From positions 328,539-392,538 of the forward strand of contig BOKX01000001.1 of the NCBI GenBank assembly GCA_016861205.1: 64,000 bases of DNA, in the 5' to 3' direction. This document shows positions 27,596-37,054 of the stretch, one piece after another. A model generated the notes under the pieces. The model made no database searches. It had not been told where the DNA came from and worked only from the letters and a program-made list of their open reading frames with translations. Each line of letters opens with the position of its first letter. Positions within the stretch are counted from its first letter, which is position 1. A program made the position numbers and the translations under genes. Source of the DNA: Patescibacteria group bacterium (GTDB lineage Bacteria > Patescibacteriota > Microgenomatia > UBA1400 > PJMF01).

Positions 27596-27620
27596 AGTAT
27601 ATCACATGGTCTCGGGATCA

Positions 27621-28241
27621 CTACCATTTTGAGATCATTGCCCGTGGCGTTCTAGCTAAAATCTTCAAATCATTCCAAATTGAACGCTGACGAGCGTACT
27701 CAGCATCCATCTTGGCACGTGTCACAAAGGGCACTTCATTACGACCACCTGTTTGCCAGGGGCCAGTGATTCCGGGCTTAACAGACAAAATATCGTTGGC
27801 GTATGACTTCGTTTCGGGGTAGCGACTCGTCTGCTCATCGAGCTCACGCTTCACGTAGGCACGTGGTCCAACCATGCTCATTTCTCCCTTGAGCACGTTG
27901 TAGAGCTGCGGAAACTCGTCAATCGTTAACGATCGCAAAATCTTGCCCAACTTTGTAATCCGCGGGTCATTTTTGACTTTCCAGTCGTTTTTCTTAAACT
28001 CTTCGAGTAGCTTTTTGTCGTGTTTGTGCAAGATGTCATCGGCATCTTTGACCATCGACCGAAACTTGTACAAGTTAAATTCTTCACCCTGCTGTCCAAC
28101 TCGTTTGTGTTTGAAAATGACCGGCCAACCTGAATCAAAGTAGATTAAAACCGGTACGATAAACCAAAACGGTAAGAAAAGTATCGTCAGTGTCAGGGCC
28201 ACAACCAAATCAAGAATTCGTTTTTGCTGTTCGTAGTGCAT
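27621..28241 (-). CDS. Monotopic polyprenyl-phosphate phosphoglycosyltransferase (PglC/WecA-alternative 'bacterial sugar transferase' family); glycan initiation
   Basis: 206 aa. Single re-entrant helix (LTLTILFLPFWFIVPVLIYF), then KRVGQQGEEFNLYKFRSM and DEFPQLYNVLKGEMSMVGPR, the signature of the small PGT family. Confidence 0.85.
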   Translation of the reverse strand: MHYEQQKRILDLVVALTLTILFLPFWFIVPVLIYFDSGWPVIFKHKRVGQQGEEFNLYKFRSMVKDADDILHKHDKKLLEEFKKNDWKVKNDPRITKLGKILRSLTIDEFPQLYNVLKGEMSMVGPRAYVKRELDEQTSRYPETKSYANDILSVKPGITGPWQTGGRNEVPFVTRAKMDAEYARQRSIWNDLKILARTPRAMISKW

Positions 28242-28249
28242 GGCAGGCT

Positions 28250-29356
28250 TTACAAGTACTCTTTCTGGTCACGCTCTTTCAGTTGCTCAACCAGCTTTTT
28301 AACATCTTGGCTTCTGGATTTGGGAGCGATCATGATGACATCAGGTGTATCAACCACAATCATCTCTGACATTCCCACCATAGCCACCAACTTGTCACCA
28401 ACGTGGATTAAGTTGTTGTGTGAGTCGATCACCAATGTCTTAGACTCTGGCTCTTTGTTATCACCTATAATGACATTTCCATCGGTGTTTTTCTCACCTA
28501 AATCATACACGACTTTCCACTCACCGATATCATCCCAACCAAAATCGCCCGCGATCAGCAGCAAGTTATCCGCCTTTTCAGAAATTGCGTAGTCGATGGA
28601 AATACTTGGGACTGTCGCATACACATCAGGAAGCGCAATCGCAAAGTCTTTTTTCGACATCTCACCTAGGGCTTTCGTGGCCTCATGCATTTCAGGCATG
28701 TACTTGGCAAAAGCCGCCTCGAGTGCAGCTGCTGACCAGACATAGTTATTGGCGTTCCAAAAATACTTACCTGTTGAAATAAAAGCCCGAGCTGTTGCTA
28801 CGTTTGGCTTCTCAGTGAAACTATCAACTTTGAAAACAGGGGTGCTTTTAATTTTTTTGAGCTCCTGACCAACCTTGATATAGCCAAAAGCGCTTGATGG
28901 ATACGTTGGTGTAATGCCCACAGACACAAGTGACTCCTCATCACTAGCCACTTCGGCTGCCACTTTCATCAGTCGTAAAAACTCCTTCTCATTGATCACA
29001 ATATGATCGGCAGCATCATTCACCAAAATGGCGTGGGGGTCTTGAGCCTTAGCAAACAAAGCCGCTGACAACATGGCCATGGCTGTGTCTCGTTTTTCGG
29101 GCTCAGCAATGATGTTGCCCGCTGGAATTTCTGGGAGTTGGCTAGCAACATCATCGACATACTGCTTCGTAGTGACAACGATGATTTTTTCCCAAGGAAC
29201 TAACTTTGCAAACCGGTTGGCCGTCATCTGCAACATGGTGTCTTCACCATAGAGGCGCAGAAACTGCTTGGGGGTTTTGCTGCGAGATTTTGGCCATAAT
29301 CGGGTTCCGCCACCACCAGCCAGAATGACTGCAAAAGTATGATCTAAGGGATTCAT
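28250..29356 (-). CDS. manC: Mannose-1-phosphate guanylyltransferase (GDP-mannose pyrophosphorylase). Start set at MNPLDHTF; the ORF-track extension overlaps the upstream gene.
   Basis: AVILAGGGGTRLWPKSRSKTPKQF nucleotidyltransferase motif, ~368 aa with a C-terminal beta-helix-like domain. Confidence 0.75.
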   Translation of the reverse strand: MNPLDHTFAVILAGGGGTRLWPKSRSKTPKQFLRLYGEDTMLQMTANRFAKLVPWEKIIVVTTKQYVDDVASQLPEIPAGNIIAEPEKRDTAMAMLSAALFAKAQDPHAILVNDAADHIVINEKEFLRLMKVAAEVASDEESLVSVGITPTYPSSAFGYIKVGQELKKIKSTPVFKVDSFTEKPNVATARAFISTGKYFWNANNYVWSAAALEAAFAKYMPEMHEATKALGEMSKKDFAIALPDVYATVPSISIDYAISEKADNLLLIAGDFGWDDIGEWKVVYDLGEKNTDGNVIIGDNKEPESKTLVIDSHNNLIHVGDKLVAMVGMSEMIVVDTPDVIMIAPKSRSQDVKKLVEQLKERDQKEYL

Positions 29357-29357
29357 G

Positions 29358-30509
29358 TTATCCTTTCTGATGCTTTCGCCATGCCGTAGCAACCAGAGTC
29401 CGCCACTGCCGACAAAACTCATTTGTATCATATTTCTTTAGTTTTCGCTGGACAAGATCAGGGTCCACCTGACATGTCAGGAGTTTCGGCAAAGCTGCTA
29501 CCACGTCTGATGTGGTTTCGTCGGCAATCTCAACTTTTGCTGAGTCTGGAATGATCTCTGCTACTCCACTTCGGGCGTGAACTAGAACCGGAATTCCTCG
29601 CGTAACTGCCTCGGCAGCGGTAATCCCAAAGTCCTCTAAACCTGGCATCAACAGACCAGTTGCTTGTTCATAGTGCGTCTCTAGCTGCTGAGCCGTTACC
29701 TGCCCAACAAAAGTAATTAACTGATCTGCACCCGGCAGACTATTCACTAGCCGCTGGAGTCTTCGTCTGTCAGGACCGTCACCAATAATCTTCAAGCGAT
29801 AGCCAGAGATGGCACAAGCCTCAATGGCTAGATCAAGTCGTTTGTAAGCTACCAGCCGAGACACACAAATAAAGTTTGGCGTGGTAACTGGATGATCATA
29901 ATTTTTGGGGAGGGTTGCTGATATTGGTGGGTATATGACTGACTCGGTTGACCGCGAGTACGTTGCTACCACACGGTCAGCAACAAGATTTGAGATAGGT
30001 ATGACAAGATCTGGTCTCCAAGCTGAAACCTGATCAACTCGTCGCAAGTAAGCCAAAAGTGGTTGCGCTAACTTAGAGCTGAGCTTCGCCAGCGGCAGCT
30101 GCGCTTGATACGCCTGTTGATGACTGTATAAATAGCGAGGCGGTGTTAGCAGATAACAAACATGAAGTTGCTGTGGTTGCGTCAGAATACCTTTTGCGGG
30201 ACCACTCGTCACTGAAATCACAACCTCGTACTCTGACAGAGAGAGGCTTTCGGCTGCCAGCGGCAGTAAAGGTGCCAGCCACCGATGGGATCGCCACGGC
30301 AGTGGTAGCCGATTCAACCAGCTACTTACCACCTGCCAACTTTGCAACCAAGCGACTCGATCAGGTCGAGTTAATGTGGTGAAGAGGGGCGCGGTTGGAA
30401 AAGCCGCATGCAACGCTGAAAGTACTTGTTCAGCACCACCATATGGTGTAGTTGCCCAGTCATACACGATCGCGACGCGAGGTGATCTTGAGCGTGACTG
30501 GTTTGTCAT
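29358..30509 (-). CDS. GT4 (GT-B) glycosyltransferase
   Basis: 383 aa. C-terminal E-x7-E region (FGITAAEAVTRGIPVLVHARSGVAEII) typical of the Glycos_transf_1 family. Confidence 0.75.
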   Translation of the reverse strand: MTNQSRSRSPRVAIVYDWATTPYGGAEQVLSALHAAFPTAPLFTTLTRPDRVAWLQSWQVVSSWLNRLPLPWRSHRWLAPLLPLAAESLSLSEYEVVISVTSGPAKGILTQPQQLHVCYLLTPPRYLYSHQQAYQAQLPLAKLSSKLAQPLLAYLRRVDQVSAWRPDLVIPISNLVADRVVATYSRSTESVIYPPISATLPKNYDHPVTTPNFICVSRLVAYKRLDLAIEACAISGYRLKIIGDGPDRRRLQRLVNSLPGADQLITFVGQVTAQQLETHYEQATGLLMPGLEDFGITAAEAVTRGIPVLVHARSGVAEIIPDSAKVEIADETTSDVVAALPKLLTCQVDPDLVQRKLKKYDTNEFCRQWRTLVATAWRKHQKG

Positions 30510-31606
30510 ATGGCTAGTGCTTGGCGATACGTAACCAATGTCTGTTTTGTCATAGCGAGCCAGCTGTACTGCTTAACAAGCCGCGCCACCTGAGTTGAAG
30601 TTGGTTGATGAGTCGCAACTTCTGCCACAGCACGGACAAAATCTGCTGGTGAGTATGGGTCAAAGTAAACTGCTGCATCAGCATAGATTTCGTGAAAAAT
30701 AGGAATGTTTGAAGCTAGCACTGGTGCTCCAGCTGCCAAAGCCTCCACCCCAGTCAATCCAAAACCTTCGGAGAGTGAAGGCTGGACCAAAGCGGTGGCA
30801 GTTAGATAGCGGCGTCGAAGTTCGGCATCGGTTACGTACCCCACAAACTCAACACGATCACTGACATGTAGCTCACGAGCTAGCCGGCGGGTTTGATCCT
30901 GAAACACGTTTCTTGCCCCAACAAGCACCAGTTTATAGTCAGGCAACAGTCGCAACGCTTGAATGACCACTTGGATATTCTTGTGCGGATAGAGCGAACC
31001 AACATACAGCAGCTCTGGCTGTTTTTTGCCTGGGTGACGAGAGACAGGGGTTTTAAATGCTTCAGCAATTCCCTCTTTTGTAACAACCACCTTGGCCTCA
31101 GCCGAGGGATAGTGTCGGCTCAACGTGTGCTTGATTGTTTCGGCTGGAACCAAAACAGCAGTAGCTCGCTGTATGGCTGCCGTGGCTACCAAACGATAGG
31201 CCCAGTACTTGATCCAGTACCAGAGCGGCGATAAGGTGGTCACACGCTGACCACGATACTCATGCCACAACAAGTCATGAATGGTCACCACTAACTTTCC
31301 CCGATACAGCAACGGCACATTAAAATGTGGCACGTGGAGTAAATTAAGGTGAGCCTGATTTAAAACTCGAGGCCATTGCCACTGTTCAGCAAAGGAGTAA
31401 TGCCGGATCGGAGCAAACTTAACTTCCACATTTGCAGGTAAGTCAACACCACCCATCACCTGTTGGAGTTGTTTGGCATCATGAAAAAAATACACCCACG
31501 TCACGTCTTGACCGACTTGCGGCAAGCGTTGAACGAGATTCTCGATATATCGACCGATGCCGGCGTGACGTAATCCCGCCAGCCGGCAATCGACGCCTAT
31601 TCTCAT
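30506..31606 (-). CDS. GT4 (GT-B) glycosyltransferase, mannosyltransferase-like
   Basis: MRIGVDCRLAGLRHAGIGRY N-terminus and GFGLTGVEALAAGAPVLASN C-terminal motif. Confidence 0.75.
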   Translation of the reverse strand: MRIGVDCRLAGLRHAGIGRYIENLVQRLPQVGQDVTWVYFFHDAKQLQQVMGGVDLPANVEVKFAPIRHYSFAEQWQWPRVLNQAHLNLLHVPHFNVPLLYRGKLVVTIHDLLWHEYRGQRVTTLSPLWYWIKYWAYRLVATAAIQRATAVLVPAETIKHTLSRHYPSAEAKVVVTKEGIAEAFKTPVSRHPGKKQPELLYVGSLYPHKNIQVVIQALRLLPDYKLVLVGARNVFQDQTRRLARELHVSDRVEFVGYVTDAELRRRYLTATALVQPSLSEGFGLTGVEALAAGAPVLASNIPIFHEIYADAAVYFDPYSPADFVRAVAEVATHQPTSTQVARLVKQYSWLAMTKQTLVTYRQALAI

Positions 31607-31618
31607 AATAGTGATAGT

Positions 31619-31987
31619 TTACTTCTTAAACTTGGTTGCTTTTTTGGTACTAGCACTAACAGTAGCTACGCTGGGGCTGCATTGACAGTTTTCGCAATCA
31701 CAACCCATTTCCATCATCTGCATTTCCAGTTTTTTGGCTTTTGCGTCGCGCATAAAGTTACCAGCCATGGCGTACACAAAATAACCCACACCCACTACAA
31801 ACGCGGCGACTGGAATGTACTCTAAGAGCTTAGGTTGCTCGGTCAAATCCATGTTCGCGTAGTAGTACTTAAATAAGAGCTGTGGCAGCACTGACGCCAT
31901 GAAGAGTGCAAACACAAACACCGCGATGGACTCGACGGCTTTACTGATGTTTTGAGCTCGTAAAGATTGAGCTTGGAAATGATGCAT
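31619..31987 (-). CDS. Small 2-TM membrane protein with C-terminal Cys cluster (CDCENCQC); start set at the MHHFQ ATG, coupled to the upstream GT2 stop (TAATG)
   Basis: Two hydrophobic helices (IAVFVFALFMASVLPQLL; VAAFVVGVGYFVYAMAG), then ...EMGCDCENCQCSP.... The ATG at 31987..31985 overlaps the TAA stop of GT2 (31989..31987). Confidence 0.45.
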   Translation of the reverse strand: MHHFQAQSLRAQNISKAVESIAVFVFALFMASVLPQLLFKYYYANMDLTEQPKLLEYIPVAAFVVGVGYFVYAMAGNFMRDAKAKKLEMQMMEMGCDCENCQCSPSVATVSASTKKATKFKK

Positions 31988-32865
31988 TAGATGCCTCCCT
32001 TTTTGATAGTAATTACTGCATTGACCAACCAACGAACCCACTCTGGGTACTGCTGACGGTAGTGCTTATCATAATACTGGCTCATTGTATCGTAAAAGTA
32101 GTCACGTGTCTTGCGCCTGACAGAGTCCGAGTTACTCGACATACCAGACTTGTACTTGTGGTGAATCAAAACTACTTCGGGGTGAAAAATAATCTGGAAA
32201 CCTTGGGCTCGAAACCGATGACACCAATCTAAGTCTTCAGCATAGAAAAAGAACCGCTCGTCGAGTAAACCCACCTTGGCAATGGCTGTTTGGCGCACGA
32301 TCATAGCCGCACCTGAACACGCCTCGATCTCATGAACTTGAGTCAAATCTTGATAGGTTTGATGGTATTGTCCCAACCATTTTGAGGCTGGTGACAATTT
32401 GCTCAAACCAGTGAAGTACGTAAATGCGGCCCATAAGGTAGGTTCACCACGATGACAAGCCCAATCTAGTTCACCCGTTGATAGCACCAACTTTGGTGTC
32501 ACTACCGCCACCTGCTTGTTCGCATCGAGGTAGTCTAAGAGCACATCGAGGTTTGAGTCTGATGTGAACTCCACATCTGAGTTCAACAACATCACATAGC
32601 GCCCCTTGGCCTGCTTTAAACCCACGTTGTTTCCAGCCGAGAAACCCAGGTTTTCTTTAAGCGCGATAACCTTGACCCATTTATACTGCTTTTCCAGAAA
32701 CTGAACCGAGTCATCGCTGCTACCATTGTCCACCACTATCACATCCACTTTCCGTTTCGTCTTAGCCAGGTACTCTGCTTTGAGTGAGTTCAACGTTGTT
32801 TTCAACCAAAACTGACCGTTGTAGTTAACGATGATAATGCTTAAATCTGCGACAGCGGCCGACAT
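31987..32865 (-). CDS. GT2 (GT-A) glycosyltransferase
   Basis: LSIIIVNYNGQFWL...VVDNGSSDDS...LNSDVE: classic GT2 DxD architecture. Confidence 0.8.
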   Translation of the reverse strand: MSAAVADLSIIIVNYNGQFWLKTTLNSLKAEYLAKTKRKVDVIVVDNGSSDDSVQFLEKQYKWVKVIALKENLGFSAGNNVGLKQAKGRYVMLLNSDVEFTSDSNLDVLLDYLDANKQVAVVTPKLVLSTGELDWACHRGEPTLWAAFTYFTGLSKLSPASKWLGQYHQTYQDLTQVHEIEACSGAAMIVRQTAIAKVGLLDERFFFYAEDLDWCHRFRAQGFQIIFHPEVVLIHHKYKSGMSSNSDSVRRKTRDYFYDTMSQYYDKHYRQQYPEWVRWLVNAVITIKKGGI

Positions 32866-32876
32866 GCTGGTCTTTC

Positions 32877-34082
32877 TTAGTGATCTGACTTTGGTTTACT
32901 AAAACTACGATAAAGCCGATCTAGTTTTTTCGCAATCTGATCCCAGTCAAAATTCTTGCCTACAAACGCGTGCCCACGCTTGGCTAGCTCCGCCCTGAGT
33001 GCTGAATTCTTTAACAAACGGACTGTCTGGTCAGCTAGCTCCTGGGCATCAGCCCCTATTAAAACTTCTTGTTCGGGTTTTACAGCTAATCCTTCCACTG
33101 CGATCGGAGTGGCCACCACCGGAGTTTCTGAGGCTAAAGCTTCGAGAATTTTATAGCGGGTCCCTTTGCCACTAAATACTGGCGCTACCAAAACATGTGC
33201 TCCCTTGAAAGCATCGCGAATATCTGGGATTCCTCCTGTCACTGTAATCGAGGTATCTTTGTGTTGAAAAGCCACGACCTCTTTCGTCGGGGCATTACCT
33301 ACAATCCATAACCGCGCGTTGGGGACTTGTTGCTTAATGAGTGGCCAAACTTCGGCCACCAGGAAACTGACTGCTTCCACGTTTGGCAACCATTTAAAGG
33401 TTCCCACAGACAACACTGTCGGCTCCGTAGGTATGGCCGCCTTTTTCTCTTCAAACCACTCTAAATCAACGCCATTTGCAACAACTTCAATTTTGGTGTC
33501 ACTCCCGATTTCTTGCGCAATAAACTGCTTATCTTCCTCGCTCATGACCACCAGTTGCTGACACGCTTCCCAGTAGTACTTTTCCCAACGTTTAATCTTG
33601 TCAATGTCGATGCGCAACAACGGTCGCAACCACTTTTTTGCCCGGTTGGCATAACTTTCGTAGCCCAGATACTCGATCGTTTGCTCAACCAGCATCACAG
33701 GCACATCTGTCTTTGGCAGATGAGGCATCATGTAAAACGTTTCCGCGTGAATCAGATCGTACGCTCCATTTTGGAGCTCCGCTTGAATGGCCTTGGTAGC
33801 TGATGGGGCGTGATTGCGAATCACTAAGAACGGATAGGAAGAAATCGCAGTTTGCAAAATATTTTTGAGCGTGAATGGCTTGTGAGAGCGTTTAAAAAGC
33901 TTAACTTTAGCGCAGTACTTCTCGAGCTCAGCGATGTATTGACGCTCGCTGTTTTCTTTAATCAAGGCAAACAAGGTAATTTCGTGCTCTTGCGAAAGCT
34001 TTTTGAGTAAGTTGTACGTCCGAATCTGCCCACCCGATAACAATGGGTATGGCAAGTAGGGAGTCAGCATTAAAATTTTCAT
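32877..34082 (-). CDS. GT4 (GT-B) glycosyltransferase
   Basis: MKILMLTPYLPYPLLSGGQIRTYNL N-terminus; C-terminal KGTRYKILEALASETPVVATP. Confidence 0.75.
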   Translation of the reverse strand: MKILMLTPYLPYPLLSGGQIRTYNLLKKLSQEHEITLFALIKENSERQYIAELEKYCAKVKLFKRSHKPFTLKNILQTAISSYPFLVIRNHAPSATKAIQAELQNGAYDLIHAETFYMMPHLPKTDVPVMLVEQTIEYLGYESYANRAKKWLRPLLRIDIDKIKRWEKYYWEACQQLVVMSEEDKQFIAQEIGSDTKIEVVANGVDLEWFEEKKAAIPTEPTVLSVGTFKWLPNVEAVSFLVAEVWPLIKQQVPNARLWIVGNAPTKEVVAFQHKDTSITVTGGIPDIRDAFKGAHVLVAPVFSGKGTRYKILEALASETPVVATPIAVEGLAVKPEQEVLIGADAQELADQTVRLLKNSALRAELAKRGHAFVGKNFDWDQIAKKLDRLYRSFSKPKSDH

Positions 34083-34108
34083 AGTTCCTGACTAGTACTT
34101 AGAGCAAT

Positions 34109-36028
34109 CTAGCTTCGTCGGGTACGACGCGTTCGTGGTTTCGTTTTCGCACCTCGGGATCGCTTGCCTGCTTTTGATTTGGTCGCCGAAGCCGTCTTGA
34201 TGGCCTGAGCTAACGTCACTGATTCGGCATCCCCAGGTTGAACGGGAGATAGAGTAGCCAGCTTTTCATCTTTTTGGCGGCGGGTAATGTACAAGGCTGC
34301 CATCGCCAAACCGGCCAAACTCCAGTAGGTTTGAGCAACCTTCGAAGCCGCAAATACGTCGATGTAAATGGCGTTCAGCAGCAAACCAATACTGCCACCG
34401 ATAAAGCCAACCGCCACCGAGCTCACTAACCAGTCCGCATCTTTGATACGGCGGAAAGACTTAACGAGCAAGTACACGATTGCACCGTAGAAAACGATAA
34501 AGCCAATCGCGCCCGTCTCACCGAGTGTGCGCAGGTAGTTATTGTCAGTACTATCCGCTTCGGTAAAGATCTCGATCCCTTCTTTGGTAAGCGTCGCATA
34601 ACCCGTACCTAGGAACGGGTTGTACAAGAAACCTTCCAAAGCTCGTGGCCAGAGCGTTTCCAGCCGGATACATAGCGACAATTCTTTCTCAAGTGCACAT
34701 TCAGAGTAAACTCTTGGTCGCTGCACTTTTTTCACCACTTTCTCACCCTGTTCATCAACTGTGGTGACTTCTACCAAGTCAGGGATGTTCTCATATACAC
34801 CGGCCGGTAAGTGAGTGGGAGCCGGTGCCTTGAAAATTGGCGGTGCCGATACCAACGGTTTAGAACCATTATCACCTGTCGGTGTTGGTGGCTGATCTTT
34901 GCTACTGGCAACTTCTTGAGTCGCAGCCAACTCAGCGGCGATCTGGGCCGCAACTTGATCGGTTGAAACACCATTGGCGGGTTGCTTATCGGTTTTGGGC
35001 AACATTTCTTGCAAGCGCTTCGGCGACAGGGGCAAGCTGGCCACCTGCTCATCGCTGAGTACCACTCTTCGCCAGTCTGTTAGCTGCGCCGCAGCTGAGG
35101 CTAAGGTCGGGTTAGCATTGACCACATGTCCCAATCTTTCCGACAGGTCAGCTCCGAAGTAGTAAAACAGGACTAAGATGCCAAGCAGCGTCAGCGTTCC
35201 ACGACTCAAAGCAAACCTGATTCGCTGTGACCAATTAGTCTGTAGTAAGGCTGTAATTAAAACAACTAGACCAACACCTCCCAAGTAGGCGGCGAATGGC
35301 ATTCGAGATGCACTCAAGATAAGCAACCAACTCCCCAGCCAAAAAGTGAGCCACAAACCTCGCTTGGCCCAGGTATGGGCGGTTTTCAGGGCCAACGCCA
35401 AGATAAGTGGTAACACGGCCACCATGTAAGCTGCCATGTCGTAATGCCCGGCAAATGTTGACTGTACACGCGCGTACTGGGTCAGATATAAACGAATACC
35501 TTTGCTAAACTCTCGATTCATTGTCGAGTACACCGGCCAATAGTAGTATTTTTGACCATACCCATACGCTGCAATTGCAACTACGGTGGCCACGAGCAAG
35601 CCAAGGATAACCTTCAACTGCCAGCGGTGCTTAATAGAACTAAATGCAATAAAAAACAGCGTGAAGTACTCAAGGTAGCGGAAGTAATGGAGGATGGTTT
35701 TGCCTAAGTGCAAGGGCTGCAGCGGCACGGTCTGAGTAACGTACACAGCTGAGACTGTTGAGGCCGCTCCCACAATGGCATACGCCACTACCCACCAGAA
35801 GAAACCCACATTCCAAGTGATCTTTCGTCTCAAGGCTTGAACGAGCCATACTAGACTTGCTCCCAAGATTACAAAGTCCTCTAAGCGCACCCGAACGATG
35901 TACTGCTCGATTGGGCTCCACAGCGGAATCTTAGGATACAGAGGTACAAAAACGATGAGCAAACAGGCGAGCACAAACAACAGATACTCATCCAACCAAC
36001 GTCCAACTTTCGAAAGGGTGTGCCACAT
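34109..36028 (-). CDS. O-antigen ligase/polymerase family (Wzy_C) polytopic membrane protein with a large Pro-rich extracytoplasmic insertion and a basic C-terminal tail
   Basis: 639 aa, >10 TM. NNYLRTLGETGAIGFIVF matches the Wzy_C/WaaL motif (HN.yL..l.E.G..G). A ~170-aa insert (..PTPTGDNGSKPLVSAPPIFKAPAPTHLPAG..) precedes it. The C-terminus is KSKAGKRSRGAKTKPRTRRTRRS. Confidence 0.65.
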   Translation of the reverse strand: MWHTLSKVGRWLDEYLLFVLACLLIVFVPLYPKIPLWSPIEQYIVRVRLEDFVILGASLVWLVQALRRKITWNVGFFWWVVAYAIVGAASTVSAVYVTQTVPLQPLHLGKTILHYFRYLEYFTLFFIAFSSIKHRWQLKVILGLLVATVVAIAAYGYGQKYYYWPVYSTMNREFSKGIRLYLTQYARVQSTFAGHYDMAAYMVAVLPLILALALKTAHTWAKRGLWLTFWLGSWLLILSASRMPFAAYLGGVGLVVLITALLQTNWSQRIRFALSRGTLTLLGILVLFYYFGADLSERLGHVVNANPTLASAAAQLTDWRRVVLSDEQVASLPLSPKRLQEMLPKTDKQPANGVSTDQVAAQIAAELAATQEVASSKDQPPTPTGDNGSKPLVSAPPIFKAPAPTHLPAGVYENIPDLVEVTTVDEQGEKVVKKVQRPRVYSECALEKELSLCIRLETLWPRALEGFLYNPFLGTGYATLTKEGIEIFTEADSTDNNYLRTLGETGAIGFIVFYGAIVYLLVKSFRRIKDADWLVSSVAVGFIGGSIGLLLNAIYIDVFAASKVAQTYWSLAGLAMAALYITRRQKDEKLATLSPVQPGDAESVTLAQAIKTASATKSKAGKRSRGAKTKPRTRRTRRS

Positions 36029-36037
36029 AGATTGTTC

Positions 36038-37054
36038 CTAGTTACGGCCCTGCCACAACTCACGGTAAGCTTTCTGACGAGCCTTATGTTTACCCATTGT
36101 ACCAAATAACCACCATCTCCATAGGGCACCAAGTTTCAAAATGGCCTTGACCAACGGCAGTTGCCAGTGAGGCTTGTGTTTCGCCCAAACGTATAAATAC
36201 CCTTTGTATTCACCCTTTATAGCGTTGACCGAACTCGAGCTGGCACTACCAATGTGAGTAACTTGCGCCGCTGGTTGAATAACTACATCCCAGTGATGAT
36301 GCTTCGCCCTCATGCAAAACTCGATGTCTTCGCCATACATAAAGATTCGGTCATCAAGCAAACCAATCTCGTCAAACACACTCCGCCGAATAGCCATGGC
36401 GGTTCCCCCCACCCAATCTCTGACTGCCAACTCCTGACTCAGTTCGATGGCACGCTGACCCGTGTGCTGGGTCGAAGGCAACCACTTGCCCAACACCGGA
36501 ATGTCATCCAGCATCAGCCACTGGGCCGCCAGCGACAAGAGCGTAGGAAAAGAACCACCTTGGTGTTGAACTGTCCCATCAGTGTTGAGCAACAGCGCCG
36601 ACACAATTCCCAACCGGTCAATATCACCCTGCGTTCTAGCCAGCTGGGCGCGGCTTTCCTGAATTGGATGCGTATCGAATGTTTGCACAATCGCTTGTAA
36701 TGCCCCCGGTTTAATCTCGGTATCCGAGTTGAGCAACAAAATAATTTCGCCCTTGGCGGACTGAATACCTTGGTTGTTCGCTCCCGAAAAACCCAAGTTA
36801 TGATCATTGATAATCACCTTAAACTTCTTGGGCTGTTTTAGGGCCAACTGACGCAAGTACTTTGGTGAATCATCACTCGAATTATTATCAACAAAGATTA
36901 GCTCAGTGCGCTTAGCTAGATCCGGATAGTTCTTCAGATCACTCATCACTGACTCAACCGTTTGCTCCGTCAACATTCGCGTGTTGTACGACACGATAAT
37001 GATAGAAAGTTTGAGCGACTCTTCAGTCATAATTGTTGTACTTACTGAAACCAC
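36038..37054 (-). CDS. GT2 (GT-A) glycosyltransferase
   Basis: LSIIIVSYNTRML...FVDNNSSDDS...LNSDTE. Confidence 0.8.
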   Translation of the reverse strand: MVSVSTTIMTEESLKLSIIIVSYNTRMLTEQTVESVMSDLKNYPDLAKRTELIFVDNNSSDDSPKYLRQLALKQPKKFKVIINDHNLGFSGANNQGIQSAKGEIILLLNSDTEIKPGALQAIVQTFDTHPIQESRAQLARTQGDIDRLGIVSALLLNTDGTVQHQGGSFPTLLSLAAQWLMLDDIPVLGKWLPSTQHTGQRAIELSQELAVRDWVGGTAMAIRRSVFDEIGLLDDRIFMYGEDIEFCMRAKHHHWDVVIQPAAQVTHIGSASSSSVNAIKGEYKGYLYVWAKHKPHWQLPLVKAILKLGALWRWWLFGTMGKHKARQKAYRELWQGRN

